The translations under genes and the position numbers were made by a program. DNA of 64,000 nt from Camelus dromedarius (taxonomy: Eukaryota). Positions 40,901 through 53,377 of this stretch are shown in pieces; position 1 is the first letter of the stretch, and each line of letters opens with the position of its first letter. Under the pieces are notes generated by a model, which saw only the letters and a program-made list of their open reading frames with translations, had not been told where the DNA came from and did no database searches. Location of the stretch: NCBI RefSeq assembly GCF_036321535.1, contig NC_087436.1, positions 31,560,001 through 31,624,000 of the forward strand. Reading direction: 5' to 3'.

Positions 40901-41480
40901 ATATATCTTTTCAAGTTAGTGTTTTCATTTTCTTTGAGTAAATACTCAAAAGTGGAATTGCTGGGTCATATGGTGGTTCTATTTTTAATTTTTTGAGGAC
41001 CTACATACTGTTTTTCATAGTAGTTGCATCAGTTTACATTCCTACCAACAGTATACATTTCCATGTCCTCACCAACACTTGTTATTTCTTGTCTTTTTGA
41101 TAATAGCCATTCTAACAGGAATAAGGTGATATCTTATTGTGGTTTTGATTTACATTTTCCTGATAATTAATGATGTTAAGTATCTTTTCATGTGTCTGTT
41201 GGCCATCTGCATGTCTTTGGAAAAATGTCTATTCAGATAATCTGTCCATTTTTTAATTGGATTGTTTGTTTTAGCTACTGAGTTGTATGAGTTTTTTGTA
41301 TTTTGGATATTAGCCCCTTATCAAGTACATTATTTGCAATTATTTTCAGTTGGCTGTCTTTTCATTTTATTGATGGTTTTCTTGGCTGTGCAGAAGTTTT
41401 TTCCTCTTTAAGAAGTTCCGAGGTACTACATTTTCACTATCATTCAGTTCAAAATACTTTCAGATTTGTTTTGCAATTCC
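37920..41480 (-). mobile_element. Mosaic of antisense LINE-1 fragments, with a younger copy at ~40470-41400
   Basis: Antisense L1 text (TTTTTATGGCTGAGTAATATTCCATTG; AGTGGAATTGCTGGGTCATATGGT; TAATAGCCATTCTAACAGG). Confidence 0.8.
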
Positions 41481-41604
41481 TCCTGAGACCAGTGAGTTAT
41501 TGAAAAGAAATTTCTTAACTTCATAATGTATGGAGATCTTTATTTTCTAATTTCTTGATTCCAGCCAAATTGCACTATTATCAGGTAATACACTCTCTTT
41601 GGCT

Positions 41605-42125
41605 TTGCAGGGGAAGAAAAATAATTTTCCTCTACCCTCCTAGGTTCTTACCTGAACCTCCCCTCTCTCCCCCATAAAAGACAGATGAACAGGAGAAAAA
41701 ACAAGTTTAGTAACATGTATACATTCTGTATGCATTAGAGAGGTCCAGGAAACCTGAGAAAAACTCTTTCCTTGGCTGAAGATTACAATCTTAAATAACA
41801 TCTTCAGCTAAAGACAAAAGAAGATGTTAGTGGGGAAAGAGTAGGCAGTTATGAGAAGTTACCAGGAAAAGACCAGTAAATGAGGGTGAGGTTGTTATGC
41901 AGATTTAAGTTGTTGCCTTCCCTATTGTTAGAGTCCTCTTTCTCTTTCTGGTATAGAAAGGGAAATATAAATGGAATTTTCTCTCATAAATGTTAAAGTA
42001 TTTACAAAAGGATAATTTCTCAGTTTTCAGAGTTTTTCCTATGTCTGCTATTTCTTAAAAATAATGAGCCTAAAATAATACTTATGCTAAAGAGGCATAT
42101 TTTAGAGTGGTGTATTCTTCTCCTA
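41605..42125. mobile_element. Probable solo LTR
   Basis: Recalled ERV1-type LTR text (AAAATAATTTTCCTCTACCCTCCTAGG...AAAGAGGCATATTTTAGAGTGG); family not assigned. Confidence 0.5.
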
Positions 42126-42224
42126 TGGAGTTACAGTCGTTTGACAGTTATTGAGACTTACTCTTTTGTCAGCAAATTATGAGTTTTAAATGTTCATGTG
42201 ATCTTGAAAGAATGAATTTTGTAG

Positions 42225-42658
42225 TGTCGATTGAAAAAAATGTACTGCCTAAAATTTGAGACTTACGTTTTATTCAGCAGACATACTGAGGACTTAACCT
42301 GGGAGACAGCCTCTCAGATAGCTCTGAGGGATTGTTCTGACGAGGTAAGGGAGGAGCCAGGATATATAGGAGTTTTTCCAACCAAGTCCAGGTAGTTGGA
42401 ACATCAAAAGATTACTATTAATTAAAGAAGAACCAGACATCTCAAGTTAATGAATTTTGCACTCTTTTATGAATGGGAAGATGCAAAAGTCTGGACTCAT
42501 TGAAATCATTCCTTTGATATGCACCTTAACTATCTAGGGCCAGTATCCTGCTTTTCTCCATCCTGAATTTCCTCAGGGTGCACAGTTGGGGATGACTGCA
42601 GTGGCTGATGGCCCCCACATCTTTTGTTTACTGATTTGCAGGGGACATTGTTCATTCA
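42225..42658 (-). mobile_element. ERV1-type solo LTR
   Basis: TG...CA ends; minus-strand AATAAA near the left end; shares GACAGC(C/A)TCTCAG(A/G)TAGCTCTGAGG with the element at 44915-45367. Confidence 0.65.
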
Positions 42659-43085
42659 TAGTATATTTGTTGGCTGCTGTGTTCTATTGTATGTTTCTTT
42701 TCTTGATGCAAATAAAAATATCACCTTGCACTTACTGAGAGCTCTGGCCTTTTCTGGACCTTCTTTTCCATTGTCTCTTGCCCATTAATTTGGATACTTT
42801 GTTCTGCAGTTTCTCTGTAGTGTGGAGGTTTGTCCTGGAAGAGAATTTCAGCAGATTTTAATTTCTGAAGATGTATAGTTACAGCCTTATCTTTCCAACT
42901 CTCTTCACTTCTAGTAGCAGGGACGAGAAAAATAAATGTGGAGAATATTTTTTGCCTTCCAGTAACCTGAAGATCAAGCCAAGAAAGACTGAGAATTAAA
43001 ATTTATAGGGTCAGAAAAATTAGTTCTTGCAGCTCTTTTTTTCCTGCTGTTAGTAGTTGGCCTAGGTGCGTAGAATGACCTATTC

Positions 43086-43408
43086 TTTTTTTTTTTTAAC
43101 ATTTTTTATTGAATTATAGTCATTTTACAATGTGTCAAATTCCACTGTAGAGCACAGTTTTTCAGTTATACATGAACATACATATATTCATTGTCACATT
43201 TTTTTTCTCTGTGAGCTACCGCAAGATCTTGTGTATATTTCCCTGTGCTATACAGTATAATCCTGTTTATCTATTCTGCATATGCCTGTCAATATCTACA
43301 AATTTTGAACTCCCAGTCTGTCCCTTCCCACCCTCCTACCCCTTGGCAACCACAAGTTTGTATTCTATGTGTATGAGTCTGTTTCTGTTCTGTATTTGTG
43401 TTCTTTTC

Positions 43409-43439
<31 letters not shown>

Positions 43440-43900
43440 TTCCACATATGAGCGATCTCATGTGGTATTTTTTCTTTCTCTTTCTGGCTTACTTCACTTA
43501 GAATGACATTCTCAGGGGACATCTATGTTGCTGCAAAAGGCATTATGTTGTCTTTTTTATGGCTGAGTAGTATTCCATTGTATAAATATACCACATCTTC
43601 TTTATCCAGTCATCTGTTGATGGACATTTAGGCTGTTTCCATGTCTTGGCTATTGCAAATAGTGCTGCTATGAACATTGGGGTGCAGGTGTCTTTTTGAA
43701 GTAGGGTTCCTTCTGGATATATGCCCAGGAGCAGGATCCCTGGGTCATATGGTAATTCTATTCCTAGTCTTTTGAGGAATCTCCATACTGTTCTTCACAG
43801 TGGCTGCACCAAAGTACATTCCCACCAGCAGAGTAGGAGGGTTCCCTTTCTCCACAGCCTCTCCAGCATTTGTAATTTGTGGACTTTTGAATGATGGTCA
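43086..43900 (-). mobile_element. Young 5'-truncated LINE-1
   Basis: Poly(T) tail, 3'UTR and ORF2 C-terminus ([16 protein letters not shown]); near-perfect TSD TAGAATGACCTATTCTT / TAGAATAGCCTATTCTT. Confidence 0.93.
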
Positions 43901-44083
43901 TAGAATAGCCTATTCTTAAATTTTAAAATGGTGTGTGAAAACTGAGGATTCATTTTATTTTGAATAGCAGTGAAGACTAGCAGTTTTGTATTACATATAT
44001 CAAATAATATCTATGTTATTTCTATTTTTTAAAAATTGAGTATTGCCTAATGAACTACAAATTGGTTTTTCTTTTTGTTTCAG

Positions 44084-44151
44084 ATCAAAGATTAAATGAC
44101 ATTCTTAGGCGATATCAAATGGAAAATTTTTTCAAATATTCATCAGTACAG
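44084..44151 (+). CDS. SCLT1: SCLT1 exon 2: (N)QRLNDILRRYQMENFFKYSSVQ; first in-frame ATG at 44119
   Basis: TTTTTGTTTCAG acceptor, CAG|GTATGT donor, 68 nt; resembles recalled human NRRLNEDFRRYQMESFSKYSSVQ. Confidence 0.93.
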
Positions 44152-44914
44152 GTATGTAAATTAAATTGAGGTCTAATAAACTAAGTTAAAATTTAATTGC
44201 AAATAATCTATGAATGAGTGCAAAATGAATTCTATTTAAGATTATTCCATGTGATGTTGAAAGTTTGTTTAATGCTTTGCTTCTTACAAGGAAGACTACT
44301 TGTGTTTTTGCTTAATGAATATAAATTCCTTGACCGTAGAAATTGCCTTTCTTCCCCCCAGAGTTGAAGCTTATGTATTATCTATGGTGTTCACATGTTA
44401 GAATTCTAAAATGAGAATTGATTAGACTTTTGAAACATCCTAAAATTGTTTTTCAGAATATAGCCAGTTGGAAATGTGAACTCTCTGAATTCTCATAAAT
44501 TATGACAAGCATAAACTAACCCAGTAAATAATATATGACATTGTTTTATTATATCTTTCCTTGGGTGTATGTTTTTGTTTAAATAATGTGTTAAAAATTT
44601 TTTTTTGACCAATAAGGTATATTTACTGGTGGACGTAGAGTTAGAGAATATTAAAAGAAAAATAGCTGCTGGATTAGTGGTAGTTCTTTACTGAAACAGC
44701 AAAGAAGTGTTTTGCTTTTGGCATAAATGAATTTTGTAAATTAAACTGAAATTGCTGTTGAGATATTAAAAAGAAGTTGTTTTTAAGATACTAGGTGTTA
44801 GAGAATCTTCATAATCCAACAGTCGCTAACTTTTGCTCAGATTCTTAGATTCTTTTGCCTCTGCTTAATGTCATATAGAACATGCCTGAAGGGAGGATTC
44901 AGACAAAAGATAAA

Positions 44915-45367
44915 ATCACTGAGATAAAATCACACAATGTGAGAGTTGTGGGTTAAGTTTTATTTGGGGTAGAATGAGGACTATAGCCCTGAAGACAGCA
45001 TCTCAGGTAGCTCTGAGGAACTGCTCCAAAGAGGCAGGGGGGAACTCACTATTATAATATGAAGGTGGCTTATATGCAGTCAAGCACACATTTAGGCAGA
45101 GGCTTGCTGCTAGTCACAAGGAACAGATGTCACCAATAATGATTTTAGTGCATATGAGGCGATGCAAGAATTTGGGCTCAAAATCTACTCCTGAAAATAT
45201 CTACCTATCTGAAGGCCTGTTCTGCCAGTTTTCCCAGAGCATAGAGTGCCGCATTCCTGATCTCCACCCTGCACTCCTTTCAGGGAGTGTTGGAGGTCAG
45301 TGTCTGTAGCAGCTCGTGACTTCATCCAAGCAGAGGCAGGTGGCAAGTGCCAATTTTTAGTTGGCAA
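44915..45367 (-). mobile_element. ERV1-type solo LTR
   Basis: Related to 42225-42658; ends ...TTAGTTGGCA. Confidence 0.6.
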
Positions 45368-48043
45368 GATTGATTTTAAAACCTGAGAAGACCTCTAGAC
45401 ATGGTATTGCATCATATCTACTGGAATCTATGGCTGATTTGTTTATGAAAGATGGTTTTAACAGATAAAATAATGACTCTAGGTGGCCCTTTAGATGCAC
45501 TTGAATTGTGTATCGTGATTATAATTAATTAAAACCTGATAGTAACATAGCAAGCAACAGGTTTTCCCTTACATAATAGAGTACTTTTTAGTGAAATTGT
45601 AGCTTTAATTCTCTGAAGGTACACATTCTTATTTTACATACACTGTTTTTGTCATCATATGATCAAATCTTGATTTCTATTTCTTATTTTTAGTGTTAGT
45701 ATGTTGTTACTGCCTAAGATTCCTCTGTAGTCTACCATCTCTTCAGAACATGTTGCTGTCTCAAGACTCCAATCCCCATGGGTCTTGCCTTTCACTGCAC
45801 AGTTTGCAATAGTGAGAGGGGAGGTCATATGAGAGCATGAAAGGGAGTTTAATCTGCTTTCTAGCAGAAAGGTCCACATCCTTGGCCACATGTAGTGCAT
45901 TCTTGGGGTTTTTTTCACCCCAGAAACATTATTCTGGTTTCTGATAAAATGCTCAGGGGGATTTCTTTTTTTGTTTTATTTTTGTTTTCTGTTTGTTTTG
46001 TAGTAAAGAATGACATAGAAGTAGGAGGAACCCTTTATCAAAGAGAAAATGGGACCCAGGAGCACTGGCTCAGATCTCTTGTCACTGTAGCTTTAGTCAT
46101 TGCTACTAGCAACAGAAATTCTTTAAAAATTTGCTTGCCTTTTTTGTTCAGCTGCATTTTCCAAGTTTCTAGAAAAGTTCTTGTTAGATACAATAAATAT
46201 TTAATAAATACTTGTTGACTTAATGAAACAACTATATCCTTCCTCTTCTTCGCTCTTACCTACTTATCTTCTTGCATCATTTGAGCTCCATGTGCCAAAT
46301 ACATTGAAAGTGGAGACGTCAAGAGTCATGATCACTTGGGAAATACAAATAGTTCATGCTTTTTAGTTCTATTTTTAGGGATAAAATTCCAATGAAGTGT
46401 CCCTTCTTTCTCACACTAGGCACCATAAAATTTCCAGGACTTGTGTTAAATGGACGTATTTTATGAAACCTTTTTCTAATATTGAAAAAACAAAGCTTCA
46501 GAGTTTGATATTTATTTCTTATATTTTAAGCTGGAACTTCAAACATGGTTTTCTATAGAAACTACTGTAAGTGATAGTTAAAATTCTTAAGTACTTTTAC
46601 TACATACTGATTATTTCAACTTCTTTTGGATCAAAGTATAAGTTTTATGAATTGCCTTAAGGTATTTTGTATAGTATTCTTGGGGAAATGATACATTTAT
46701 AGTAACTAATGATGTATAAATTCTTTGGATTTAAACTGAAAGTTGGACTCTTCCAATGTGTTGAGTAGCTTGTATATTTAATGTATTTGGTTCACAATAC
46801 TTTCATAATTTATTCATCTTTTAAAAAATATTTTCCCTTCTTATAATTGTATGTAACCTTATAAAGATATTTTAAATAGCAACTAGTTTCTTGAGTGATC
46901 CCTTCAAGTTGTTTTCAAATGTAGTTGTCTTTCTTTGATTATTTTGTGTTTTTTATATAAATAAAGTGTTTCAAGTAACATTGCTCTCTGAGAGTGTAGT
47001 AGTGGGCACTGGATGACAAATATTCAAAGATAAGTAAAATATTTTATTCAAGAAAGTGAATGGGAAATACTCCTCTTCTCCCATTTTTTTTCCCAATTTT
47101 TTATTCCCCATTGAATCCCTGCCTTTTCTCACAAGCAAGCTAATTGAATCTTCTTTGCAGTCTATACCATGCTAGTACATTTGTGTACTGAGGGGTGGGA
47201 TTCGTGTTTTTGTTCTCTTTGTACTTGCTGGAGGGACCGGGTGGAATATTAAAAATAAGTTTATTTTCTCTAAAAGCTCTCCTAAAAATATCTTCCTCTT
47301 CTAGGTTGGGACTTTTTCTACTTTTTACCCCTTGAACTCAAAATTAAAGTTAAAAAAAAAATTGAGAGGTAGTCTGCTGGGAAAGAAAGGAAACACATAA
47401 ACTGGAAAGAAGAGGAAGGAATAAATAAATAAAAAAGCATGATGTCAGGAGGTACGAGTTGGTTGTAGAGGAAAGACAGTCATAGTGCAAATTTACTTAC
47501 CGATTCACTAATATAATAAACATTAATATATTAATTCAACAAATTTTGAGTATATTCCTTTGCTAAGTAAGCTCTGGGGACAGAGCTATGAATAAGATAA
47601 GAAAAAAGATCCTTCTTCAGTGGAAGAGATATGAATAAATGAATGAATGAATGATTGAATGAAAACTGTCATATCCTGTGAACATAATAAACAGGGTGCT
47701 GAGATAGAGATTAATGTGTATGTAGTGTGGTGATGGCTGGGGCCCATTTTTGGTAGAAAGGTCGGAGAAGGCTTGTCTAAGGCAGTAACATTTAAGTTGG
47801 CACTCAAAGTGAAGAACAAGCCAAAGAATGGACCAAAAAGAGACAGAGGTGGGAAGAAATTTGGCATGTCTTGTATAAGGTATAAGAGCTGGTTCCAACT
47901 GTAATCAAATAATAGTTATTTGAAATTTACATAAAAAAAGAGGAGCTACTTCTGTTGATCATGAGTTTAAAAATATAAGACTTGTCAGGTAAAATATAAC
48001 AAACCATTTTTACTATATAAGTCAGATTATTAGCTTTCTAGAC

Positions 48044-48248
48044 CATTGCTATCCAGTAGAACTTCCTGTGATCATAGAAATGTTGTATAATTCTGTACTG
48101 TTTGGTATGGTAGCCAGTATCACATGGAGCTTTTGAATACTTGAAATTAGGCTTACAGAGCTGCCAGGTCTTTAATTTTCACTTAAAAAATGAAATTTAA
48201 ATTTCAATAGACTACTGTGGCTTATGACTATTGTGTTGGACAGTGTAG
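48044..48248. mobile_element. hAT-Charlie MITE (MER3-like)
   Basis: Imperfect TIRs (CATTGCTATCCA / TGGACAGTGTAG) and 8-bp TSD TTCTAGAC at 48036-48043 and 48249-48256. Confidence 0.8.
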
Positions 48249-50097
48249 TTCTAGACTCTCCATATGATGCCAGGTGATGAAGTACTCGGGTAATAACCTT
48301 GAAGTGTTGATTTTGCATCATTCCATCATAAGGATAGGTAATCAATGATTTAGTACTTTAAGGAGTCTGAATGTAAAAGTTTCTCAATTTCCCATGTTGT
48401 ACATCAACCTTTATTGATAAGTGATGAAAATCTGTTTCCTCATGATATGAATGAGAAAGACTTAAGGGTTTGCTGCAACCCTCTAAAATGTACAAGACCA
48501 CCTTCACAAAATGTTAGTCTACCTGTACTTTATTTTCTTCTGAAGGATAGAGGTAAGGATGCCACTTACTTATTTGATAGCCAGTGATACTGATTGAAGT
48601 CAGGGATACAAAATTAAACATACTGAATTATAATTACAATACTTAGAACATATGTAGTTTTGTTAATTAGAGGAAGAAAAGTGTCCAAAAAGTTTGTTTC
48701 CCTGACTACAATCCTGTATTACTGACATTCTTTGTGTGATATACCATCACTATCATCTTAAGAAGTCATCTTGGGATCAAAATAGATAGAAATTAATGTT
48801 ACAGTATCCATTATTCAAGATTCAAGATTTATAAAATTCTTTAGTTTGTATAGTTTGTTTAAATTTTGTTTGAGAATATAAGAAGTCTTATAAATGCTTT
48901 TATAGTCAATTTCAGTCTTATTTTTCTAACCTGATTTTTTTCCCTCTAGGTCTCCACTTTCTAAGTAATGCAGTCTCTTATTCCAGAAATTTTTCTAGCA
49001 AGTTGAAAGGGATTGCTGAATCTGTATTTTTATTTTCAGATGTTTTTCTTATGTTTTGATTTATTACGTTTATTTTTGGAATCTTAATAACTTCTATAAT
49101 TACTTTGGATTATTGGGTCATTTACTCTTGTATTTGTATTTCCTTAGCAACTGTTGTTAGAAAATAGTTTTGGAACAGTGTCTTCACAGAATTCAGCTTA
49201 AGCAGTATATTGAGCACCATCTTTATGTAAGGCACTATGCCAGGGGCTTTAGTGATAGAAAGGTATGTAAAACAAAATTACTGTTTCATAGGAACCTAGA
49301 GACTAATGAAAATATGGTATGAGAAATATTAAATAATTAGGTTAGAGGTATATTATTTGAAACTTGAGAACCTTAAAACCAAATATGGATATCAAGGAAG
49401 AAAAAGAGATCATATGCAGCAGGAGAGATCTGGGAAAGTTCCCTAAAGGGTGTAGCATATCTGATGGACACTGAAGAGTAGGTAGGATTTCAAAAGAATT
49501 TCACTGGGGGCCAAAAGAAGGGGTGGTGGAGAGCACTGCAGATGGACCCACTGGCTTGATGAGAAGCCAAGGAGGTGAGAAAATAAGTTATATTTAGGGA
49601 TTAAAACATACTTCAGTTTGTGTAATCTGTTTGGTATATGTGAGGGAAGTAATTGAAAGTAACATTAGGGAAGTTAGGTTGTTTCCACATTGTAGAGAAC
49701 CTTTAATGGTTAAGTTGAATAGTTTGGATTTAATTTAATATGCACTAGATAATTACTTGATATTTTTTAGAAGAATGGTTTTCTGAATTACCTGGAACAG
49801 ATTTATTTATCACTAATATATTGTGCATCTGTTGTAAGTAAGGCATTGTGTTAGACTATGATAACATAATAGTTCAGGCATGATGCTGTCTATAAGATAG
49901 ATGAAAGTGGAGAGAAATGTGATAAGAATAACAATTAGGAAACTTAAAATTGATGGGTGGGAAGTAAGGGTTTGAATTATTTTGCAAAATGTCATCCATC
50001 TCCAACTATCAGTCATAACATTGATAGCTGATTTTGATTTTATAAAAAATTCTAAGAAATTTGGGAAATAATACTTTTAAAGTTTAAACTATAATTA

Positions 50098-50399
50098 ACT
50101 TTGAACTGCAAGAGTTGTCTTAGGTGCAAGCTTTTTTTCAGTAAATATAGTACCTGTATTTTCAGTTTACAGATCTTTAAATTAACTAAGTGTATGGAAA
50201 GCTTTTCGTTAGCTTAGATATCACAATATGTAGAATCAAAAGAACTAAAGTTTGAGTCCTAATTCTATCTAGATTATTTCAGCTTCCTACCCTTGAGTAT
50301 TTGTCAATTCCTTTGTTTTTGAGGCAGAGATACCAGTGTGTGGATTTTTGACTGCTAGTCATCACCTCTAACCCCTGAGTTGTTCAAGGGTCAACTGTA
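50098..50399. mobile_element. TcMar-Tigger-derived MITE, left end truncated
   Basis: Right terminus GTTGTTCAAGGGTCAACTG followed by TA. Confidence 0.7.
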
Positions 50400-50849
50400 T
50401 TTAGTTATATCCAGAAGCTTTTAAACCAGTTTTGGAACAATTTAAAGTTAAAATAGGACTTGAGTCTTAATTAATTCTTTAAAAAATACAATAAATTTTT
50501 CATTGCTCTAGAACTGAGCAAACCACTCCCTGAGTTAATTACATAGACTACTGGATGCATTTACTCTTTAACTCATCAATTTCTTTCTGGAAGGTTACCT
50601 TTCTTTTAGTCTAATTCCTTTTGTAGTTCTTCTGGAGTGATGTGAACACATCTATTGAGGTTTTGCTTTGAGAGAGTTAATCCTTCCCATGTTGGTTGAA
50701 TTCTTATATAGCTTTGTTAGCCAATAGATTTTTTTACCCCCATATTCAGAAAAGAGAAATTAAAAAAATAAAGAGCTATGATTTACTAAAAGCTCTCCAT
50801 GTTCGGGAATTATGCTAAATGCTTTAGATATATTATTCCCTATATTTAA

Positions 50850-52350
50850 AATGTATATATGTTGAACATACATCAAAGTATAGAGGATAGTAAAAACTAG
50901 TATCTGTATAGCCACCACCCAGTTTTGTTCACTCTTAACTTTTTGCCGTGTTTGTTCATTCTTTGACCTAATGGGATTTTGTTGTATTTTTCATTTATCT
51001 GATTTTTAAAAAACTTACAGTAAAAGCTGCACTGAACATTCTTGTACATCTCCTTGTGTTTGAATGTTTCACCATACTTTATACTAGATACTTCATATTT
51101 GATCATGTTAAAAATGACCCTAGCCTTTTAACTTTGCTGTGGTATCTTTTGCTGTATAGAACTGTTAAATTTGGATATTGTAAAATATATTAGTCTTTCT
51201 GTTTATAGCTATTAACTGCTGATGTCTTACAGTTAGAAAATGTATTTTGAGTGAGATAATGCCAGGCAATGCTTGGAATATTGAACAAAACAGACAAAAT
51301 TTTCTGCATTTTTGGAGCTTAAGAAAGCTTTCTCTATTTCAAGGTTAATAATACATTTTGTTTCAATAGTTGTTAAGTATTTTTTAAAACATTTGGATCT
51401 TTAATCTAACTGTAATTTATTTTTCCATTTGGTATGTGCTGGAATCTACTTTTATTTTTTTGCCCAACACTAGTATTGAAAAGCAGTACTTTGTCCATCA
51501 GTTATAATTTCACTTCTTTTGTATACAACATTCCATAAGTACTTGTGTCTATTTCTGAATTTTCTATAATGTTGTTTCTGTGTTTGTACTATATTGTTTT
51601 AATTACTTTAGTATTACAGTGTGTTTTTTTTTTTTTTTTTGACCAGATGATCTTGGCTATTCTTGCACATTTATTCATGCATGGGAACTTTAATATCTGT
51701 TTAAGATCAGGTTTCATAAATTATTCCATTGGCTTTTTTTTTTTTGAATTACATTGCACTTGCAGTGAATTTTAAAGAATCGATGTACTTATAATATTGA
51801 CTGTTCCACACATGGATATGATATAGTTCCCTTTTTTTAAGTCCTTCAATAAAGTTAATTTTTCAGTAAAGTTATTACAACATTTAAAAATTTTATTTTT
51901 AAGTACTGCCGTATAGTAGGGAATACGATATTTTTCCTATTACATTTTGTTTAATGCTGGTATTTGGGAAAGCAGCTGTTTCGTTTTGCTGATCTTCTAT
52001 CTGGTGACTTGGTGCATTGTTATTGGTCTGAATAATTGGTAGATTATGTATAGTGTTTTCTAGGTAAATGGTCAAATTGTCTGTAAATGAGGTTAGTATT
52101 GTATCTTCCTTTTCAACCTTTAACTCTCCTAGCACCATCCACCCAACAGATTCCATTGACGAACCTTTAGTGTTACGTTGAATTTTCTCAGTAATAGTGA
52201 GCAGCCTTGTATTACTGAATTTAATGCAGTACTTCTGATGTTTCCTATTTCTAGTTTACCAAGAGTTTTTATTATGTATAAGTGTTAAAAATTACCAAAT
52301 ACATTTTTTAAAGCATCAGTTAAGATGATTATTTTTTTCTCTTTCTCTCT
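50850..52350 (-). mobile_element. Old LINE-1 fragments
   Basis: ORF 51899..52156 contains FTDNLTIYLEN, resembling the L1 RT FADDMIxYLEN motif. Confidence 0.6.
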
Positions 52351-52480
52351 TTTGAAAGTGCAATAATAGATTTTTTAAGGCTATAAAATTTTTAATTGTA
52401 TTTAATTTTAAACTACTGTCAGTTTTGGTTAGAGTGGTGAATGAAAACAAAGTTTTAAGATGCAGTATTTTCTGTTATAG

Positions 52481-52539
52481 AAAGCTGTCTTCAAAAGAGA
52501 TGGAGATGACACATTGGAAAACTCAGTCGTTGATCAAAG
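52481..52539 (+). CDS. SCLT1: SCLT1 exon 3: KAVFKRDGDDTLENSVVDQ(S)
   Basis: TTTTCTGTTATAG acceptor, AAG|GTGACG donor, 59 nt, phase consistent. Confidence 0.92.
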
Positions 52540-52694
52540 GTGACGTTGAGTTACCAGAAAAATAGTATTTTCTTAATTTTGTCCTCCTGTATATATATAT
52601 TTTTTATTGAAGTATAGTCAGTTTACAAAGTTGTGTCAATTTCTAGTCTTTTGTTGTTGTTGTTGTTGTTGTTGCTTTAAGAAGCAGAACTTCA

Positions 52695-52812
52695 TTTGGG
52701 GGGGTAATTAGGTTTATTTAGTTATTTATTTTTGGGTGGCAGTACTGGGGATTGAACTCAGGACCTTGTGTTTGCTAAGCATGCACTCTACCACTGAGCT
52801 ATACCTCCCTCC
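52695..52812 (-). mobile_element. tRNA-derived SINE (camelid-type), adjacent to (TTG)n and a short L1 3' end
   Basis: Reverse complement reads GGTATAGCTCAGTGGTAGAGTGCATGCTTAGCAAACACAAGGTCCTGAGTTCAATCCCCAGTACT. Confidence 0.9.
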
Positions 52813-52947
52813 ACCAATTATGTTTAATTATTGTTAAAATAATCCTTTTAGTGTTATTAATGTTTATTTTAGGTCTGGTGTAATTAGGTTTAAGTGATCT
52901 GTCATTGAATTGACAAAGGAAAAAAAGCTAGTATTATAGTCTGTAAG

Positions 52948-53169
52948 AGTGGTTCTCAGCTGGGTGATTTTTGCCTCCCTTCCCCTTCCAGTTACTTGAC
53001 AATGTCTGGAAACATTTTTGCTTAGTCACAGCTGTGGGAGGTAAGGGTGCTGCTGACTTCTAATGGGTAGAGTCCAGGAATGCTGCTAAACATTCTGCAG
53101 TGCACAAGTCAGCCCCTATAACAGAAAATTATTCAGCCTAAAATACTGAGCTAAGGTTGAGAACCTCTG
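52948..53169. mobile_element. MER20 (hAT-Charlie)
   Basis: AGTGGTTCTCA...CAATGTCTGGAAACATTTTTG...ATGCTGCTAAACATTCTGCAGTGCACA...GTTGAGAACCTCTG. Confidence 0.85.
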
Positions 53170-53304
53170 GTTTAAGAAAAAGGCAAAGTATTGATTGCTT
53201 TGGATAAAATTAGAATAAAAGTTCTGATGTTTAATTTATTTCATGTTACATATTTATTAAACTAAACAGAATATGTATCTTTTAACTTTGTAATTTTTCT
53301 TTAG

Positions 53305-53377
53305 CTTTTTAGCTCCTCTTATTACTGAGTATGATAAGCGTCTGGAAGAGCTAAATGGGCAGCTGAAATATTATCAG
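53305..53377 (+). CDS. SCLT1: SCLT1 exon 4: (S)FLAPLITEYDKRLEELNGQLKYYQ
   Basis: TTTTTCTTTAG acceptor, CAG|GTATGA donor, 73 nt; resembles recalled human SFLAPLVTEYDKHLGELNGQLKYYQ. Confidence 0.95.
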
